In this document: in pieces, positions 61,152-64,000 of the stretch | How the letters are laid out: each line of letters starts with the position of its first letter | How positions within the stretch are numbered: the first letter of the stretch is position 1 | NCBI GenBank assembly: GCA_963727805.1 | Contig: CAVSHF010000005.1 | Coordinates: 896,001 to 960,000 of the forward strand | Direction of reading: 5' to 3' | Origin: an uncultured Nitrospiraceae bacterium | Lineage (GTDB): Bacteria > Nitrospirota > Thermodesulfovibrionia > Thermodesulfovibrionales > Dissulfurispiraceae | Length of the DNA stretch: 64,000 nucleotides | Position numbers and translations under genes: made by a program | The notes under the pieces: model-generated | Told to the model about the DNA's origin: nothing | The model's database searches: none | What the model saw: the letters and a program-made list of their open reading frames with translations, nothing else

Positions 61152-61315
61152 TTTCTCTCCTAACCCAGAAACTTGTCCTCAAGATGCGTGGAAACGGTAA
61201 TGGGGATAACTCTTCTCTCTATCACTTCATCGTCCTCTTCTAATATCTACCCCACAACTTTATTGCCGCATGAATCTTGTATCATTTACTGCTGGCGCAA
61301 ACTCTGCACACCTGG

Positions 61316-62542
61316 CTACTTCTTGATGCCGCCCATCCTGCCGCCTCTCGGGATGATCCCGATTCCGGAAGACTGGTCGATGTGACAACGGAAGCGGTCC
61401 TTATCGGGATCGAATCCGATCTGCTCGCATTCGCTGACCACATTATATTTATCAACGATGACCTTACGAAGCTTGCACCCTTTATTAATAGTGACCCGAT
61501 CCATGATGATGCATTCTTCGATTGAGACACCATCCTCGATCGTTACTCCGCTCTGTATGATAGAATCCCGGATCTTTGCCTTCCTGATTATCGACCCTTC
61601 GGCGATAAGGCTATTCTTGATCTGGCTATCGATTATTTTAGTCGAAGGCCCTTCGTACCCCGATGGATGAATAGGCCAAAGAGTGTTATGAGTATCAAAG
61701 GGCGGCGACGCGCTCAGTAAATCCATGTGAGCGTCGAAATAGGCGGCTATTGTCCCTACATCCCGCCAGTACCCTTTTTCTTCGTATGGCTTTGTGCCCG
61801 GAATGATATTGGTTGCAAAGTCATAAGCAAAAACCTTCCCGGTATCAACAAGGTTTGGAATGATATGGGCACCGAAGTCGTGCTCCTTTTTCTTCTGGGC
61901 CTTTACCAAGGCATCGATGAGAACATCAGTCCTGAATACATAATTCCCCATCGATACAAATGACCGCAAAGGATCATCCGGCATCGCTGCAGGCTTTTTA
62001 GGTTTCTCCTGAAATCCAGTAATCCTCTTGTCCGCATCGGTTGCAATAACTCCGAACGCTGAAGCCTGCTCAATCGGCACGGGACGCGCAGCGACGGTGA
62101 CATAGGCGTCGTTTTTCAGATGGAAATCGATCATCTGCCGGATATCCATTCGATAAATGTGGTCAGCGCCGAAAATAACGACGAGGTCGGCGTTGTGGTC
62201 CTTTATGAGGCTTATATTTTGATACACGGCATCGGAAGTGCCCTGGAACCACTCGGGCCCCATTCTCATTTGTGGAGGAACAACAGCAACAAAATGATCC
62301 TTAACGATGGAGGAGAAATTCCAGTGCTGCCTCACATGCTCAATAAGCGACTGTGATTTATACTGAACGAGAAGATAGATGGAATAAACATGGGAATTTA
62401 GGAAATTGCTGAGGACAAAGTCCACAATCCGGTATCTGCCGCCGAACGGCACCGATGGCTTTGAACGGAAGACCGTCAGGGGGAAAAGTCTTTCCCCTTT
62501 TCCGCCGGCAAGAATGAACGCGAGAACCTTTGGATGTGCCAT
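61316..62542 (-). CDS. glgC: Glucose-1-phosphate adenylyltransferase
   Basis: LAGGKGERL.PLT..RSKP.VPFGG.YR, GT.DAV.QN, DHIYRMD, EKP, SMGNY, YWRDVGT. Confidence 0.96.
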   Translation of the reverse strand: MAHPKVLAFILAGGKGERLFPLTVFRSKPSVPFGGRYRIVDFVLSNFLNSHVYSIYLLVQYKSQSLIEHVRQHWNFSSIVKDHFVAVVPPQMRMGPEWFQGTSDAVYQNISLIKDHNADLVVIFGADHIYRMDIRQMIDFHLKNDAYVTVAARPVPIEQASAFGVIATDADKRITGFQEKPKKPAAMPDDPLRSFVSMGNYVFRTDVLIDALVKAQKKKEHDFGAHIIPNLVDTGKVFAYDFATNIIPGTKPYEEKGYWRDVGTIAAYFDAHMDLLSASPPFDTHNTLWPIHPSGYEGPSTKIIDSQIKNSLIAEGSIIRKAKIRDSIIQSGVTIEDGVSIEECIIMDRVTINKGCKLRKVIVDKYNVVSECEQIGFDPDKDRFRCHIDQSSGIGIIPRGGRMGGIKK

Positions 62543-62590
62543 ATATGCCCCCTCAACCGATTTGATTGCATCAATGCGGTTATTATTATA

Positions 62591-63295
62591 TCACTTTTCG
62601 GCGGCGACGGATAATATGTTGAACATGTCCAGTCGCATCAGACAGGCTATCGTTTTTGATTGCATAAAAGCGTTGTCCCTACTTCTTTTGATGAGGTCGA
62701 CGACGTCCTCCGGCCTGTCGATGTCCCTCCAAAATGGCAGTTGTCGGACCTCGCACCCTTCTTCCCTGAGAATTTCTATGGTCCTCGTAAAGACAACAGC
62801 GGTACTCCAGGGGATGTCATCGAAGATCCGAGGCAAGAAACTGTCGTTACTAAATCCTATCAGATAATATCCGCCATCCCGCGCAGGACCTATTGCTGCA
62901 TCATAGTCCTTGAGGGATGTGAAGGCATCTTTGATGATCTCAACAGGAAGATCAGGAACGTCACTTCCGATAAGTACCACTCGCGAACACTCTTGAGCAA
63001 AGGCCCGCGTAAAAGCATTCTTCATCCTCGTTCCAAGATCGGCACCCGTTTGAGGCATATAAATATACTCATCACCGAGCCATTCAGCAATTTTATCCCC
63101 TGCCTCCGAAGGATAGAACGCTATGATGGGCCGAAAGCCAGCTCGTTTCAGAGTTTGCAGCAAGTCTTCGACAAAACATTTATACAGGTCGCGTACCACA
63201 TTTTCATCCAGACCGGCTGCAAGGCGTGACTTGACCTTCCCCTTCTCAGGCCACTTCATGAATATTATCAGGCAGTCGTTTTTGTCCATCTTCAT
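62591..63295 (-). CDS. TIGR04282 / DUF2064 family glycosyltransferase-like protein
   Basis: K.P..GKVKSRLA, Q.G.DLG.RM, IGSD.P, GPA.DGGYYLIG, IPWST, DID..ED. Confidence 0.88.
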   Translation of the reverse strand: MKMDKNDCLIIFMKWPEKGKVKSRLAAGLDENVVRDLYKCFVEDLLQTLKRAGFRPIIAFYPSEAGDKIAEWLGDEYIYMPQTGADLGTRMKNAFTRAFAQECSRVVLIGSDVPDLPVEIIKDAFTSLKDYDAAIGPARDGGYYLIGFSNDSFLPRIFDDIPWSTAVVFTRTIEILREEGCEVRQLPFWRDIDRPEDVVDLIKRSRDNAFMQSKTIACLMRLDMFNILSVAAEK

Positions 63296-63999
63296 TTATA
63301 CACTTCAATATTGCTGATATATGAAACAGAGTTTTCACCGGTATTGTCGGAGTCATTCATGATCGCGATACTTGCCATCAAAGGCGGTTCTGTGCCAAAG
63401 GCCTTTCTGTAATCTTCGAGGATATCGACCGATTCTTCGACCCATTCGCCAACCCTAGTAGATCCACGCTCAAGCGCGATAAGCTGCGCCCTGTCGGTAT
63501 AAGGACTGGGCATAATCTTTGGATTGTCGAGACTGCTTGCCCATATATAGTTAAGCGTGCTGTCGGGGGGGTACTGGCCGTAAATTGCCCTGATTGCTTC
63601 ATATTTGATCTTCCCGAAAAAGCTGTCCCTGGCGGGATCGTATTTAAAAACGATATAGATGCGAACGGGATAATCGTCGCCCTCTTTTGTCCCCGGCAAA
63701 GCCTTCTTGTAAACATTGCTCACCTTCCAGCGCCATTTCGCCTTCGGATATTCATATACGTTGAATTCCTTCCTGTAAACCAGGGCAGATGCGGAGGCAG
63801 TGCTTTCAGCTTTCAGATAATGAGTCCCTCCCTTCGTTTCAATACTATACTTCGTGTGAGCCTTGATCTTCGGAAAGTAAAGCGGTTTCCAGTTGTCGAG
63901 TGAATAAAAGTCTTCGCGGAGAAAAACCGCATCGTTGGCAAAAGCCGACGATACTATAATGATGATACAAATAATAAGAACAAGATACTTTTTGATCAA
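63292..63999 (-). CDS. DUF3047 family exported protein (start may lie beyond the window)
   Basis: Signal peptide; W.WKV, DDYP.R.Y..F, LNYIW, DYRKAFG, IM.DSDNT. Confidence 0.8.
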   Translation of the reverse strand: MIKKYLVLIICIIIIVSSAFANDAVFLREDFYSLDNWKPLYFPKIKAHTKYSIETKGGTHYLKAESTASASALVYRKEFNVYEYPKAKWRWKVSNVYKKALPGTKEGDDYPVRIYIVFKYDPARDSFFGKIKYEAIRAIYGQYPPDSTLNYIWASSLDNPKIMPSPYTDRAQLIALERGSTRVGEWVEESVDILEDYRKAFGTEPPLMASIAIMNDSDNTGENSVSYISNIEVYK

Positions 64000-64000
64000 C

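Overview
Bacterial chromosomal window, inferred to come from an anaerobe of the Nitrospirota/Thermodesulfovibrionia or deltaproteobacterial type (judged from gene content only). It opens with one end of a Tn7-like transposon (tnsA, partial tnsB, TGT-terminated end with repeated TnsB-type sites) inserted into a SAM-methyltransferase gene. Housekeeping genes follow (polX, gap, pgk, speD, pal, cpoB, moaA, glgX, mnmA, Rep/UvrD helicase, rng, larE, fsa, glgC). The main feature is a ~10 kb redox operon: hdrC-hdrB-[HdrA N-half::NuoE]-nuoF(HydB-type)-[NuoG N-term::HdrA C-half + second HdrA module]-mvhD-metV-metF. A NuoEFG-like NADH module splits HdrA inside its ferredoxin insertion, and mvhD has an in-frame TGA plus a SECIS-like hairpin. 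An apparently identical extra hdrCB copy with its own hairpin sits 2667 bp upstream. Several loci are decaying: kdp with kdpFAB deleted in frame, an internally deleted rmlC, a gmd relic, and frameshifts in mgtC and the methyltransferase. No rRNA, tRNA or CRISPR array was recognised. All family assignments come from motif recognition by eye, without database searches.
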